Source of the DNA: Nitrosomonadales bacterium
GTDB taxonomy: Bacteria > Pseudomonadota > Gammaproteobacteria > Burkholderiales > SG8-39
Assembly (NCBI GenBank): GCA_036676355.1
Contig: JAKFDA010000085.1
Coordinates: 14,027-78,026 of the forward strand
DNA length: 64,000 bases
Direction: 5' to 3'
Position 1 is the first letter of the stretch, and each line of letters begins with the position of its first letter. Made by a program: the position numbers and the translations under genes. The notes below the pieces were generated by a model, which saw nothing but the letters and a program-made list of their open reading frames with translations, was not told the DNA's origin and did not search any database. This document shows positions 20,478 through 30,313 of this stretch, piece by piece.

Positions 20478-20953
20478 TTCACCGTATAACCGCGACCTTC
20501 CATGCACGCGCCGAACGCGCGGTAATAAGTATTGAGTTGCTGCTGACGCACATCCGTTTGCTGCTGTTGCGCAGCCGCCGCGTTCTGTCTGGCATTTCGT
20601 CCACCGGCCATCGTTCCCGCGACGGCACCGATCCCGGCGCCCTGCCCGGTATCGCCTGCAATTGCGCCGATGGCGGCCCCGCCAAGCGCGCCTCGTGCCG
20701 CGCCGCGCATGCGTTCGCCGCCGCCGACGGAGGACGGCGCTTGGGGCGGTGGCGCCGCGGCGAGCGCCATCGGATCCACGCCGGTGCTTTGCTTCGCCCA
20801 ACTTGAGCACTCGCCCTGGTCGCGTTGCTGCTGTTGTGCCGACTGACCCTTCGCGGGATAGATGACGGGCTGCTGCGCATGGAGAACGGGGGCGGCGCAC
20901 AACAACAACATCATCACGAACCCGAGCACCTTCAATTCACTTCTGCGTTTCAT
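20474..20953 (-). CDS. Secreted glycine-zipper protein
   Basis: 159 aa. Signal peptide, Gln-rich linkers, GAARGALGGAAIGAIAGDTGQGAGIGAVAGTMAGG glycine-zipper segment. Confidence 0.6.
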   Translation of the reverse strand: MKRRSELKVLGFVMMLLLCAAPVLHAQQPVIYPAKGQSAQQQQRDQGECSSWAKQSTGVDPMALAAAPPPQAPSSVGGGERMRGAARGALGGAAIGAIAGDTGQGAGIGAVAGTMAGGRNARQNAAAAQQQQTDVRQQQLNTYYRAFGACMEGRGYTVK

Positions 20954-20980
20954 GGCTGTCCCCGCGTTGGCGCGATCCGC

Positions 20981-21769
20981 TCAGAACCTGATGTCCAGAC
21001 TGAGATACGGGCCGCTGAGCGCAATGTCGTACAGGAAGCGGCCGGCGCCGCCGCCATCGTCATAGTCGACCCTGAAATAGCGGTAGCCCAACTGCGCTTC
21101 GAGCACATCCGAAATGCGGTAGCCCACGCCGGCGATCGCCTGCCAGGTGAAATCCGCGCCGCCGGCGCCGACGTCGCCATGGAAAATCAGCGCCCAACGT
21201 TCCGTCAGCGGCGCGCGCAGACGCAGGCCGGCGAAACCGTCCACCCAATCCTTCGAGCGCGACCCGGATCGCGCCGCAAGCAATCCCGCGCCCAAGTCCA
21301 CTTCGGTCTTGGCATGCACGTAGCGAATGCCGGCAAGCAGATCGATCGGCGCACGTCCGTTGATGACTCGATACGTCCCGGCGAGCGAATAGAACTGATG
21401 CGTGACTTCGACGTCCACGTCGCCGAACGCAGGACCCGGCGTATCGGCGTCGGCGGACAGCTTCGCGTAGAAACCGTCGAACAGCAGGCCGTAGCGATCC
21501 CTGCGCGCTTCGAACATGCCCATGAGCGCGAAATCGAGCGTGTCCCACACATCGGAAAAACTCGCATCCACGTCCACATCCGGCAACCGTCCGATGCCGA
21601 CGTCGCCGTCGATGCCCACGGCCCAGAAATAAGGCGTCAGCGAGAAGGTCCACGCATCGGCCGCGCTCGCCTGAGATTGCGCGCCCGCCGTTGACGCGAA
21701 CAGCAGCCCGACCGCGACACCGGGAATTGCGAAGCGATAACGGTTGCGTTGCACGGCCGAGCGGAACAT
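20981..21769 (-). CDS. Outer-membrane beta-barrel protein
   Basis: Trimmed to MFRSAVQRNRYRFAIPGVAVGLLFASTAGAQS. Alternating amphipathic strands and a terminal ...YLSLDIRF (C-terminal Phe) typical of OMPs. Confidence 0.6.
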   Translation of the reverse strand: MFRSAVQRNRYRFAIPGVAVGLLFASTAGAQSQASAADAWTFSLTPYFWAVGIDGDVGIGRLPDVDVDASFSDVWDTLDFALMGMFEARRDRYGLLFDGFYAKLSADADTPGPAFGDVDVEVTHQFYSLAGTYRVINGRAPIDLLAGIRYVHAKTEVDLGAGLLAARSGSRSKDWVDGFAGLRLRAPLTERWALIFHGDVGAGGADFTWQAIAGVGYRISDVLEAQLGYRYFRVDYDDGGGAGRFLYDIALSGPYLSLDIRF

Positions 21770-21964
21770 TCCATCACCGTCGATACGACACGCGCGATCG
21801 CACTGCCGCGCATTGGCAAGCACCATAACGCGCGCAACCTGGCGTTCACATTGCCCTTTAGCCCCAACAGGGATCAAGCCGGCGCACCCGCATATCAGTG
21901 TTCAGGACAGTTCGGGTACGGCGCATGCACGCGCCTTTAGTTCCATTGTGTCGAGTGACGACGC

Positions 21965-24247
21965 ATGCCAGTATCGGTGTACCCCAATACCAGTGCGACG
22001 AGCGTGCGAGCGCGACATCAACAGCGAGCACCTATTGGCGCGGTGTGCCGATACCTTGCGCCCGCGCTCCTCGCATTGCTCACGCTCTGCGCGGCCCGTG
22101 CGGCCACCGCGGCGGAGATGCCCACGCACGAGGGACCGCGTATCGGTCTGGCTTTGTCAGGCGGCGGTGCGCGCGGCGCAGCCCATATCGGCGTACTGAA
22201 AGTCCTGGAAGATCTGCGCATCCCGGTGCATTGCATTGCCGGGACGAGCATGGGCTCGATTGTCGGCGGCGCCTATGCGTCCGGCCTGACGCCGAAGCAG
22301 ATGGAAGAACTGATCGTCGGCACCAACTGGAGCGAAGTTTTTACGGATCGTCCACCGCGCGCCGAGATCTCCATCCGCCGCAAGGCCGACGACTACAAGA
22401 ATCTCTATGCGCCAGAGTTCGGCGTCAGCGAAGGTGTCACCGTTCCCAAAGGATTGATCGCCGGCGTATCGGTGGAGAGCTTTCTGCGCGAAGTCACGCA
22501 ATCGGCGGCGCAGATCACCGACTTCTCGCTGTTGCCTATTCCCTTTCGCGCCGTCGCCGCCGACATCGCCACGGGCGAGGAAGTCGTGATGTCCGAAGGC
22601 AGCCTGGCCGAAGCCTTGCGCGCGAGCATGTCGCTGCCCGGTGTGGTGCCGCCGGTGGAACGCGACGGACGACTGCTGGTCGACGGCGGCATCGCCAACA
22701 ACCTGCCCATCGATGTCGTACGCAATCTATGCGCGGATATCGTGATCGCGGTGGACATCGGCACGCCACCGATGAAGCGCGAGGAGATCGGCTCGGCGCT
22801 CACTGTCGTCGGACAGCTCATCAATCTGCTCGGTCAGTACACCGTCAACGAACAGAAGCGCTCGCTGAAGCAAGGCGACATCCTCATTTCGCCGGAGCTC
22901 GGAGACATCGCTTCCACTAGTTTCGAGCGTCAGGCGGAAGCAGTACGGATCGGCGAAGCGGCCGCACGGGCGGCGGCGGACGAGTTGCGCCGCTACAGCA
23001 TTCCGGAAGCGCGATATGCCGAGTTGCGGCGGACACAACAACCGACCGAGTACCAGCTGGGCGTGGTCGATGAAATCCGCTTCGAGGGATTGGAGCGCAC
23101 CAATGCCGCCGTGCTGCGCGGACTCGTGCAATCGCAGCCCGGACAACCGTTGACCGAGGACGAAATCGCGGGCGATCTGCGGCGCATCTACGGGCGCGGC
23201 GATTTCGAAGGCGTCAACTACCGCATCGTGGAAGATGACGGCCGTCGAGCGCTAGTGTTCCTGCCGCACGAGAAATCATGGGGGCCGGATTATCTGCGTT
23301 TCGGCGTAGCCCTCGCCTCGGACTTCGACAGCGAGCACTATTTCAATGCGCTGATCAACTACAAGAAGACCTGGCTGAACCGCTTGGGTGCCGAGTGGAG
23401 TACCGATCTGCAAATCGGCCGCGACCGTTCCTTGCTGACCGAGCTTTATCAGCCCTTGAACGAAGCGAACGATCTGTTCGTTTCGGGCTACGGCTATCTC
23501 GCACGCTCCGTACGGGGTGTGTTCGTCGATGACGACCGCGTCGCCGAATACGACACTCGCGAACAGCGGCTCGGGCTGGATCTCGGCCTCAACTTCTCGA
23601 CATGGGGCACGGCTCGCACCGGTTTGATGTGGCGGGACGTGAGGGCCGATGTGGACACTGGTGCACCGACATTGCCGGAGGGTGACATGCGCGCCTCCGG
23701 CTTCCACGTAGCCTTTGTCACGGATCAGCTCGATGCACCTTATCTCTCTCGCAGCGGGTATTACCTCGAAGCGCGCGGCTTGTTTCCGCGCTCAGGTCTG
23801 GGCGCCGATCGCTCGTACGACCGCATGCTCCTTCGCGCCACAGGCGTGAAGAGTTTCGGCGCCCATACTTTCAATCTGGCGACGTTCTACGGCACGGACT
23901 TCCACTCCGATATGGAGCCATTCGATGCGTTCGTGCTGGGCGGCCCTTTGCGGTTGTCCGCATATCCGATCGATCGTTTCGCCGGACGCGAATACGCCTT
24001 CGGACGCCTGATGTATTACAACCAGGCGATCAAACTTCCCAGCCCCCTCGGTACGGGACTCTATCTCGGCGCGTCGCTGGAAGCCGCGGAAGTCAAACGG
24101 CAGTTCACCGAGTCCGGCAGCTCCGGCGGCCTGTGGTCGGCATCGGTGTTTCTCGCGGCCGACACATTCCTGGGGCCGATCTACTTCGGTTACGGACGCG
24201 GCAAAGGCGGCGAAGACAGCGTGTTCTTCTTTATCGGCGTGCCCTGA
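21965..24247 (+). CDS. Patatin-like phospholipase fused to POTRA/Omp85 barrel (PlpD-like, type Vd secretion)
   Basis: 760 aa. GLALSGGGARGAAHIGVL, GTSMGS (GxSxG), VDGG (Asp dyad). The C-terminal about 350 aa are beta-barrel-like, ending VFFFIGVP. Confidence 0.85.
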   Translation: MPVSVYPNTSATSVRARHQQRAPIGAVCRYLAPALLALLTLCAARAATAAEMPTHEGPRIGLALSGGGARGAAHIGVLKVLEDLRIPVHCIAGTSMGSIVGGAYASGLTPKQMEELIVGTNWSEVFTDRPPRAEISIRRKADDYKNLYAPEFGVSEGVTVPKGLIAGVSVESFLREVTQSAAQITDFSLLPIPFRAVAADIATGEEVVMSEGSLAEALRASMSLPGVVPPVERDGRLLVDGGIANNLPIDVVRNLCADIVIAVDIGTPPMKREEIGSALTVVGQLINLLGQYTVNEQKRSLKQGDILISPELGDIASTSFERQAEAVRIGEAAARAAADELRRYSIPEARYAELRRTQQPTEYQLGVVDEIRFEGLERTNAAVLRGLVQSQPGQPLTEDEIAGDLRRIYGRGDFEGVNYRIVEDDGRRALVFLPHEKSWGPDYLRFGVALASDFDSEHYFNALINYKKTWLNRLGAEWSTDLQIGRDRSLLTELYQPLNEANDLFVSGYGYLARSVRGVFVDDDRVAEYDTREQRLGLDLGLNFSTWGTARTGLMWRDVRADVDTGAPTLPEGDMRASGFHVAFVTDQLDAPYLSRSGYYLEARGLFPRSGLGADRSYDRMLLRATGVKSFGAHTFNLATFYGTDFHSDMEPFDAFVLGGPLRLSAYPIDRFAGREYAFGRLMYYNQAIKLPSPLGTGLYLGASLEAAEVKRQFTESGSSGGLWSASVFLAADTFLGPIYFGYGRGKGGEDSVFFFIGVP

Positions 24248-24316
24248 TCCGATGCCGTTTGTGCCGGTGTCATGCTGCGGCCGGCACCGCGAGCGATTCC
24301 GGACGGTCCGACCACC

Positions 24317-24880
24317 TCAGCGAGGCGTGTACGAAAACTTCTGCCCGCCTACGCTCGCCTCGTACATCAATCCGCCTTTCGCGACGGTGAACGTCGCCAT
24401 GCCGTTCTGGTATTTGCCGATCGTTTCCGCATCGTGTTTGCCGCCGCTGGCTCCTGCCGATGCGCCTGCGGTGCCGGCCTTCGCACTCGTGCCCGCGGTG
24501 ATCGCCACGGCGGAAGCGTCCGCCCCGAATTCGAAGTTACCGCCGGTGAATTCCTTGAACGCGCGATCGTTCTCGAAAAAAATGATCTGGCTATAGGCCT
24601 GGCCACCGAGTTGCAGACCGACCGAAACCTGCGTCACCGACGTATCGCCCACGTACTCACCTTTGCGGTACACGCGGCCTTTGCCGTATGCGCCGCCGAT
24701 ACCGATGCCGCCTTTGCCAATGGTGGGGAACACCGCATAGCCGTAAGCGTTGTTGAAGAAACGTTTGCTCTCCCCGGCTTCCTTGAACACCTTGATCGTT
24801 TCCGCATACTCATCTGCCAGGGCGGGCGCCGGTAACGCAACCGTGGCGACAAGCAATATCCAAAGTAAACGCCTGAACAT
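24317..24880 (-). CDS. SYLF (Ysc84/DUF500) lipid-binding domain protein, secreted
   Basis: 187 aa. Signal peptide. AYGYAVFPTIGKGGIGIGGAYGKG...QVSVGLQLGGQAYSQIIFF is SYLF-like. Confidence 0.65.
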   Translation of the reverse strand: MFRRLLWILLVATVALPAPALADEYAETIKVFKEAGESKRFFNNAYGYAVFPTIGKGGIGIGGAYGKGRVYRKGEYVGDTSVTQVSVGLQLGGQAYSQIIFFENDRAFKEFTGGNFEFGADASAVAITAGTSAKAGTAGASAGASGGKHDAETIGKYQNGMATFTVAKGGLMYEASVGGQKFSYTPR

Positions 24881-25072
24881 GATCGCTCCTTCACAAATCG
24901 CATCACTCCCCTTCTTTGGCCAGACTGGCCCACGACGCTATGCGAACCAAACGCATGCGGCGCAACGACAGTTTTGCCGTTCTGCGGCGAATTGCCGATA
25001 GGACCAAGGACCAATGTTCAGACCGGAGGACGCCGCCTATCGTTTTCGCGGTCATCCAACGAGGGGAACGGC

Positions 25073-25648
25073 ATGAAAGCGCTGTGGACACTCTTACTCC
25101 TGATCCTGGTGTCCGTCGCGCAGCATGCGGCGGCGCAGTCTTCCGCGAATGAGGACGCAAAGGGCGCCGGCGCCATGCAGGCAGTGCACCTCACCGCCAC
25201 CGTCGAAGCGGTGGATCAGGAGAATCGAATCGTGACGCTAAAAGGGCCGCAAGGCGACATCACGGCGGTCCGCGTCGGCGACGATGTCCGCAATCTGGAT
25301 CGGCTTGCGGCCGGCGACACCGTCGAAATCGATTACTACGAAGCGGTGGCGCTCGACATCAAGAACACCGACGCGGCGCCGACGGCGACCCAGACAACAT
25401 CAGTCAAGCGCGCCAAACCCGGGGAGAAACCGGGCGGCATGGTCCAACGCAAAGTGCGTGTCGTCACCGAAGTGATGGGCGTCAATCCGGAGTCGCAGAC
25501 TCTGCTGGTGCGCGGCCCGCTCGGGAATCTCACGCGCATCAAAGTAAAAGATCCCGCGCGCCTTGCCGAATTTAAGGTCGGCGCCAAAGTCGATGTCACC
25601 TATATCGAAAGCCTCGCCATCGCGATCCGGGAGACGCCGCGAAAATAA
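25073..25648 (+). CDS. Secreted protein with two internal ~55-aa beta-rich repeats
   Basis: Trimmed to ATG 25073 (GAGGGG RBS). Signal peptide MKALWTLLLLILVSVAQHAAAQ. Repeat 1 is LTATVEAVDQENRIVTLKGPQGDITAVRVGDDVRNLDRLAAGDTVEIDYYEAVALDI. Repeat 2 is VRVVTEVMGVNPESQTLLVRGPLGNLTRIKVKDPARLAEFKVGAKVDVTYIESLAIAI. Confidence 0.55.
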   Translation: MKALWTLLLLILVSVAQHAAAQSSANEDAKGAGAMQAVHLTATVEAVDQENRIVTLKGPQGDITAVRVGDDVRNLDRLAAGDTVEIDYYEAVALDIKNTDAAPTATQTTSVKRAKPGEKPGGMVQRKVRVVTEVMGVNPESQTLLVRGPLGNLTRIKVKDPARLAEFKVGAKVDVTYIESLAIAIRETPRK

Positions 25649-25702
25649 CCCGGCGCGCGTTTCGAGGCTGGCGGCAGAGCCGTATCCCGTGGATCGCTTG
25701 AT

Positions 25703-26800
25703 ATGGATTTGCTCATTCACGAGATACGGCGCAATCCTCTGCTCTGGCTACTCGTCTCCGTACCGTTCGTGCTGATGACGGATCGTTTCAAACCGGATTC
25801 GCCAATATTGCTCTTCTTGCTTTCCATCGTGGCGATCGTTCCGCTCGCCGCGCTGCTGAGTCATGCCACCGAATCGGTTGCCGCGAGAACCGGCGATGCG
25901 GTCGGCGGCCTGCTGAATGCGACGCTCGGCAATCTGACCGAACTGGTCATCGCGCTCTCCGCACTTCGGGCCGGTGAATACCTCCTGGTGAAAGCGACCA
26001 TCGCCGGCGCTATCGTGACGAATGCGCTGTTCATGCTCGGTGCGTCCTTTCTGCTTGGCGGGCTGAAACATCATGTGCAGGAATTCAATCGCACCGGCGT
26101 GCGCCTGCAGGCCGGCATGCTGTTCCTCGCCACCATTTGTCTGCTGCTGCCTTCGGCAGTCGGCGCCATGGCTTCCGGGCAGGCCACCGCCTTCGCCGAA
26201 CAATTGAGCGTGTCGTTGGCTTTGGTGCTGATTGCGACCTACTGCTTGGGCCTTTATTTCTCCCTGGGCACGCATCGTGAATTCTTCAAGGCGCAGAACG
26301 AGCAAGCGGAGAGCGAAACCCACGTGTGGCCCATGCGATTGGCACTGAGCACTCTTGCCGGCGTGACCGTGCTCGTCGCGCTCGTGGCCGAGGTCTTTAT
26401 CGAGTCGGTGCAAGGCGCGGCCGAGACGATGGGAACGAGCAAGGCCTTCGTCGGCTTCATCATCGTTGCGCTGGTCAGCGGCGCGGGCGAAATGGCTGCG
26501 GCGTTCGCCGGAGCGCGCCGCAACCGCCTGGATCTCAGCGTGGGCATCGCATTGGGAAGTGCGACCCAGATCGCCCTTTTCGTCGCGCCGGCGCTCGTGC
26601 TGGCGAGCTATGCGTTGGGTCCATTCCCCATGACGCTGGAGTTCTGGCCCGCCGCGGTGCAAATGGTGCTGGTCGCCACGCTGATCGCCGCGCTCGTATC
26701 CGGAACGGGCCGCGCCGTCTGGTTCACGGGGGTGCTCATCCTCGCGGTCTATGTGGCGTTCGCAATCGCGCTCTACCTGCTTCCGCCTCAACCTTCATGA
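25703..26800 (+). CDS. Ca2+/H+ antiporter (CaCA family, ChaA/CAX-like)
   Basis: 365 aa, about 11 TM. Alpha-repeat motifs GNLTELVIAL and SGAGEMAAAF. Confidence 0.85.
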   Translation: MDLLIHEIRRNPLLWLLVSVPFVLMTDRFKPDSPILLFLLSIVAIVPLAALLSHATESVAARTGDAVGGLLNATLGNLTELVIALSALRAGEYLLVKATIAGAIVTNALFMLGASFLLGGLKHHVQEFNRTGVRLQAGMLFLATICLLLPSAVGAMASGQATAFAEQLSVSLALVLIATYCLGLYFSLGTHREFFKAQNEQAESETHVWPMRLALSTLAGVTVLVALVAEVFIESVQGAAETMGTSKAFVGFIIVALVSGAGEMAAAFAGARRNRLDLSVGIALGSATQIALFVAPALVLASYALGPFPMTLEFWPAAVQMVLVATLIAALVSGTGRAVWFTGVLILAVYVAFAIALYLLPPQPS

Positions 26801-27498
26801 GCACGCGACGGATCGACGAGCTCTTTACATCAGCGTATTCCTTCCTGCCGGCGTACGAACGCCGGCCGGTGCTCGATCCGTTGGCGCGCGCGGCAGAAGT
26901 TATCTTCGGCCTGCTTATGGCGATGTCGTTCTCCGGCTCGCTCAGCGTGGCCACAGCGGGGCAGCAGGAGATTCGCACGATGATGTACGCGGCGCTCGGC
27001 TGCAATCTCGCCTGGGGCATCGTGGATGCGGTTATGTATCTGATCATCACGCTCACCGTTCGGGCGCGCAACATGGCCTTGCTGCGTCGCGTGCGCGGCA
27101 CCACTGACCGCAAGGCCGCGCACGAAAGCATCAGCGAAGCGATGCCCGGTCGGCTGGGAGAGGCGCTCGGCGAAGACGTGCTAGAGGTGCTGCGTCAACG
27201 GCTGGTCGCCATATCAAATCCGCCGACCTACGCGCAATTGCGGCTCGACGATCTGCGCGGCGCGATCGGCGTGTTCTTCCTCGTGGTGCTCGCCACCTTT
27301 CCGATCGTCGTGCCGTTCATGTTCATTCCCGATGCGGCGCTTGCGCTGCGCGTCTCGAACTCGATCGGGCTGGTTATTCTGTTCGCCGCCGGGTACTGCC
27401 TCGGCCGCTATGTCGAAGCCAGCCCATGGCGTCCGGCGCTCGCGCTCGCCGCTGTGGGAGCGGCGCTGTTCTTCGCGATCATCGCGCTGGGCGGATGA
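26797..27498 (+). CDS. VIT1/CCC1-family (Fe/Mn) transporter-like membrane protein
   Basis: Track ORF 26326..27498 trimmed to the ATG at 26797, which overlaps the CaCA stop (ATGA). 233 aa. TM segments at both ends around a soluble helical insert, as in VIT1-family proteins. Confidence 0.65.
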   Translation: MSTRRIDELFTSAYSFLPAYERRPVLDPLARAAEVIFGLLMAMSFSGSLSVATAGQQEIRTMMYAALGCNLAWGIVDAVMYLIITLTVRARNMALLRRVRGTTDRKAAHESISEAMPGRLGEALGEDVLEVLRQRLVAISNPPTYAQLRLDDLRGAIGVFFLVVLATFPIVVPFMFIPDAALALRVSNSIGLVILFAAGYCLGRYVEASPWRPALALAAVGAALFFAIIALGG

Positions 27499-27664
27499 GG
27501 GCGTCCACGATACGCACAATCGTGAACTGGGCAGGGCATCGCCATACCAGGCCGATGATCGAAGGCGAACTGCGGCGCTTGATGCATCGGCTCCGGCGCG
27601 CAGCCGGCGAAGAGAAGCGGCGGTAGCACCGACTAAAGGATGCGAAGCAGTCTGTCGTTCCGCC

Positions 27665-28045
27665 TCAGGCTTGCTCGTCCGGCACCCCGGTCGGCAATCG
27701 ATATGGCGTCGCGCAAATGGGCTCGCTCAGAGCCGCCACACCGCCCTGTGGCCGGCAGATGCGTGCGGCCATGCAGGCATACTCGAACAGCTCGTCGGCG
27801 CGTTCTTCCGGCACAAGCAGTTGCACGAGCCGCACGAACACGGACTCCGGCAGATCGTCGGGATTGCGTGTCTTCGCTGCCCTGATGATGGCTACTCCGC
27901 GGCACGACACGCTATCGGCAACAGTCACGCCGCGCTCCTTCATCGCGCGAATCAACGCCAAATCGGCGCCGTCGTCCGGCAACACGCACACAATGAGCCG
28001 CGTGCGCTCCCAGGCGGTGGAAGTCGCCTGCGACTCCGGACTCAT
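27665..28045 (-). CDS. PII-like (ferredoxin-fold signal-transduction) protein, divergent copy
   Basis: 126 aa. Start overlaps the stop of the preceding PII-like gene (ATGA). RLIVCVLPDDGADLALIRAMKERGV... has a beta-alpha-beta pattern. Assignment is weaker than for the first copy. Confidence 0.45.
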   Translation of the reverse strand: MSPESQATSTAWERTRLIVCVLPDDGADLALIRAMKERGVTVADSVSCRGVAIIRAAKTRNPDDLPESVFVRLVQLLVPEERADELFEYACMAARICRPQGGVAALSEPICATPYRLPTGVPDEQA

Positions 28046-28413
28046 GTCCGCCTCTCCTGCACCAGCCTTTCGCGAACGGCCTCCGGGACATAGGTTGCCA
28101 CCTTGTCGAGCGGGATTGCGTAGATCAGCCCCGCCCCTGGGCGGTCCAGTCCAAGCCGTGCGTAGAGACTGCGCATCACGACATCGCGGTGCTCCGCGGC
28201 GCCGATCATGCTGACCACTTCCTTCTCCGCCTCCACGGCGATGCCTAGAAGGCCGAGACGCTCCCGCACGCCGACGCCGCGCGCGTGGTAAACGACCGCG
28301 CCTGCGACGCCCACGTCGCGGGCGGCCTTGATGACTTCGTCCGCCCGGCCGAGCGGAACGATGCAGTTGATCAGTACCGCGTCGGTGAGATAAGTGAGTC
28401 CGTTGTCGTTCAT
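28042..28413 (-). CDS. PII-like nitrogen-regulatory-family protein
   Basis: 123 aa. VLINCIVPLGRADEVIKAARDVGVAGAVVYHARGVGVRERLG...EKEVVSMI resembles the PII-like proteins that accompany DUF1538 genes. ATGA overlap with the DUF1538 stop. Confidence 0.6.
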   Translation of the reverse strand: MNDNGLTYLTDAVLINCIVPLGRADEVIKAARDVGVAGAVVYHARGVGVRERLGLLGIAVEAEKEVVSMIGAAEHRDVVMRSLYARLGLDRPGAGLIYAIPLDKVATYVPEAVRERLVQERRT

Positions 28414-30248
28414 ATCAATTCCTGGACGGGAGCGAGTGGCTCATCGGATGCGCTGCGCGCCGCGGCGCGCGCTTCACGTTCGCTCTTGTAACGCGACCAC
28501 AACCCGGATATCAGCACGGAGATGATCGGGCCGACCGAGGCCAGGGACAGAATGCCGAAGCCCTCGATCGCGCCGCTCGCATTGGCGAAGCCAAGCCCGA
28601 GCGCGAGCACGAGCGGTACGGTGACGGGACCGGTCGTGACGCCGGCGCTATCCCAGGCGACATTGACGAAGGCTTCGCTGGAAACCAAAGTCAGCACTGC
28701 GGCGACGGCATAGCCGCCGAGCAGCAGCCATACCAATGGCAGATCGAAGACGAGTTTGGCGATGCCGAGTGCGATGCCGAACGCGACGCCGATCGACACT
28801 GCCAGAATCAAGCTCTTCTTCTTGAACACGCCGTTGGTCAGTTCCTCTGCCGTGATGCCGAGCGCCGACAACGCGGGTTCCGCGATCGTTGCGCCGAAGC
28901 CGAGAAACCATACGAACGCGAGTGCGAGGATCAGGCCGGTGATGAAGCCGTAGAGCGGCGAGTCCGCCGCACCGGAGACTTGCATGAATGCGGTCGGCAC
29001 GAGGTTGCCCGATCCGCTTCCCAACGTCGAGAGTCCGTAGGTCAGCCCGAGGTTGAACATGCACATGCCGGCAATGGTGAGTGCAATGCCGAGAAAAATT
29101 TCTGCACGATTGGCGAGGCGTTCGCGCAGCACGAACGTCAGCACCACAAACAAGAACACCACCAGGGGCAGGATTGCTCGGATGCCGGCGACGATTTCCG
29201 CCAACGGGCTGCGCGCGTACCACGGCGGTTGGGCCGCTTGCGCAACGAGCGCCGCCTGACGCGCGCCCTCGACGATCTCGGCCGGCGATACGGTCGAAGC
29301 GACATACATCGCGAGAAGCAGCACACCCGCGACGGGAAACAGCGAGGCGAGCGTCACGATACCGAAGCCCGAGAGGCCGCCGCTCCCCTTGCCGGCCGCG
29401 ACGGAGATTCCCACTCCAAGTGCGAGTACTAGCGGCACGGTAACGGGGCCGGTCGTCACGGCGCCCGTGTCCCAGGCGAGTCCGAGCGCCGTGACGAGAT
29501 CCGGATCGCGCGCCATGTAGAGCGTCGGCGCGAAAGCCAATACCAGCGAGATGAGAATCAGCGGCTTGAGACTCCAACCGTAGAGAAACCGCAATGTGCC
29601 GACGACGGCAGCGAGCCCCACCGACGCACCGACCACCAGCACCAACGCGTCGGACCACTCGTTGAGCAACGCATAAAGATACGGCGCGCGCTCCACCGAA
29701 ACGATCTGGCCGGCGATCTTCAACGCGCCGATGGCTGGCTCCGCGAAAGTCACGCCGATACCCAGCAGCAACGTGAACAACAGCACCAGCGGCAGGGAAA
29801 GTTTGCGCGGCAACTGGCTGCCGATGATCGTGCCGAAGGGCATGAGGCCGATCTTCAGCCCCTCCATGAACAACATCAGCCCGACGATCACCGCCAGCAT
29901 CCCGGCAGTTATGACGAGCGGCCCTTCGATGTGCTCGCGCAGGATAAGAATCTGGAACAGCGCCAGATAGAGCGCTAAAGGAACGACGGCGCGAGCCTGA
30001 TCGTTGAAGCGGTAAGAGATGTAGGGCCGCAGCAGTCTCGACACTTCGTCCGGCCGCAAGCGAAGTTCAGCGGCCTTGGCGGGTAGCGGCTGTCCATCAA
30101 GGCCGTATTCGATGACGGGAGCCAGCGCGTTGTAGCTAATCTGCCGTGCGCCGCTTCCCATTGCACGTAGATAGTCACCGTAACGTACGCATCGCTCGAC
30201 AGCCGATGTCGAGCGATGCGCGTCGGCCATCCCGACCTCCGCAGTCAT
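28410..30248 (-). CDS. Polytopic membrane protein with two DUF1538-like repeats
   Basis: Track ORF trimmed to ATG 30248 (GGAGG 5 nt upstream), giving 612 aa. Internal duplication is visible: WDTGAVTTGPVTVPLVLALGVGIS and WDSAGVTTGPVTVPLVLALGLGFA, each preceded by ...TFAEPAIGAL / TIAEPALSAL. Confidence 0.7.
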   Translation of the reverse strand: MTAEVGMADAHRSTSAVERCVRYGDYLRAMGSGARQISYNALAPVIEYGLDGQPLPAKAAELRLRPDEVSRLLRPYISYRFNDQARAVVPLALYLALFQILILREHIEGPLVITAGMLAVIVGLMLFMEGLKIGLMPFGTIIGSQLPRKLSLPLVLLFTLLLGIGVTFAEPAIGALKIAGQIVSVERAPYLYALLNEWSDALVLVVGASVGLAAVVGTLRFLYGWSLKPLILISLVLAFAPTLYMARDPDLVTALGLAWDTGAVTTGPVTVPLVLALGVGISVAAGKGSGGLSGFGIVTLASLFPVAGVLLLAMYVASTVSPAEIVEGARQAALVAQAAQPPWYARSPLAEIVAGIRAILPLVVFLFVVLTFVLRERLANRAEIFLGIALTIAGMCMFNLGLTYGLSTLGSGSGNLVPTAFMQVSGAADSPLYGFITGLILALAFVWFLGFGATIAEPALSALGITAEELTNGVFKKKSLILAVSIGVAFGIALGIAKLVFDLPLVWLLLGGYAVAAVLTLVSSEAFVNVAWDSAGVTTGPVTVPLVLALGLGFANASGAIEGFGILSLASVGPIISVLISGLWSRYKSEREARAAARSASDEPLAPVQELI

Positions 30249-30313
30249 CGTGCCTCCATGTATCGCGCGGCGCTCCGGTTTTTCATTGTCGAATAGGCGC
30301 GTGAACGCCGGCG

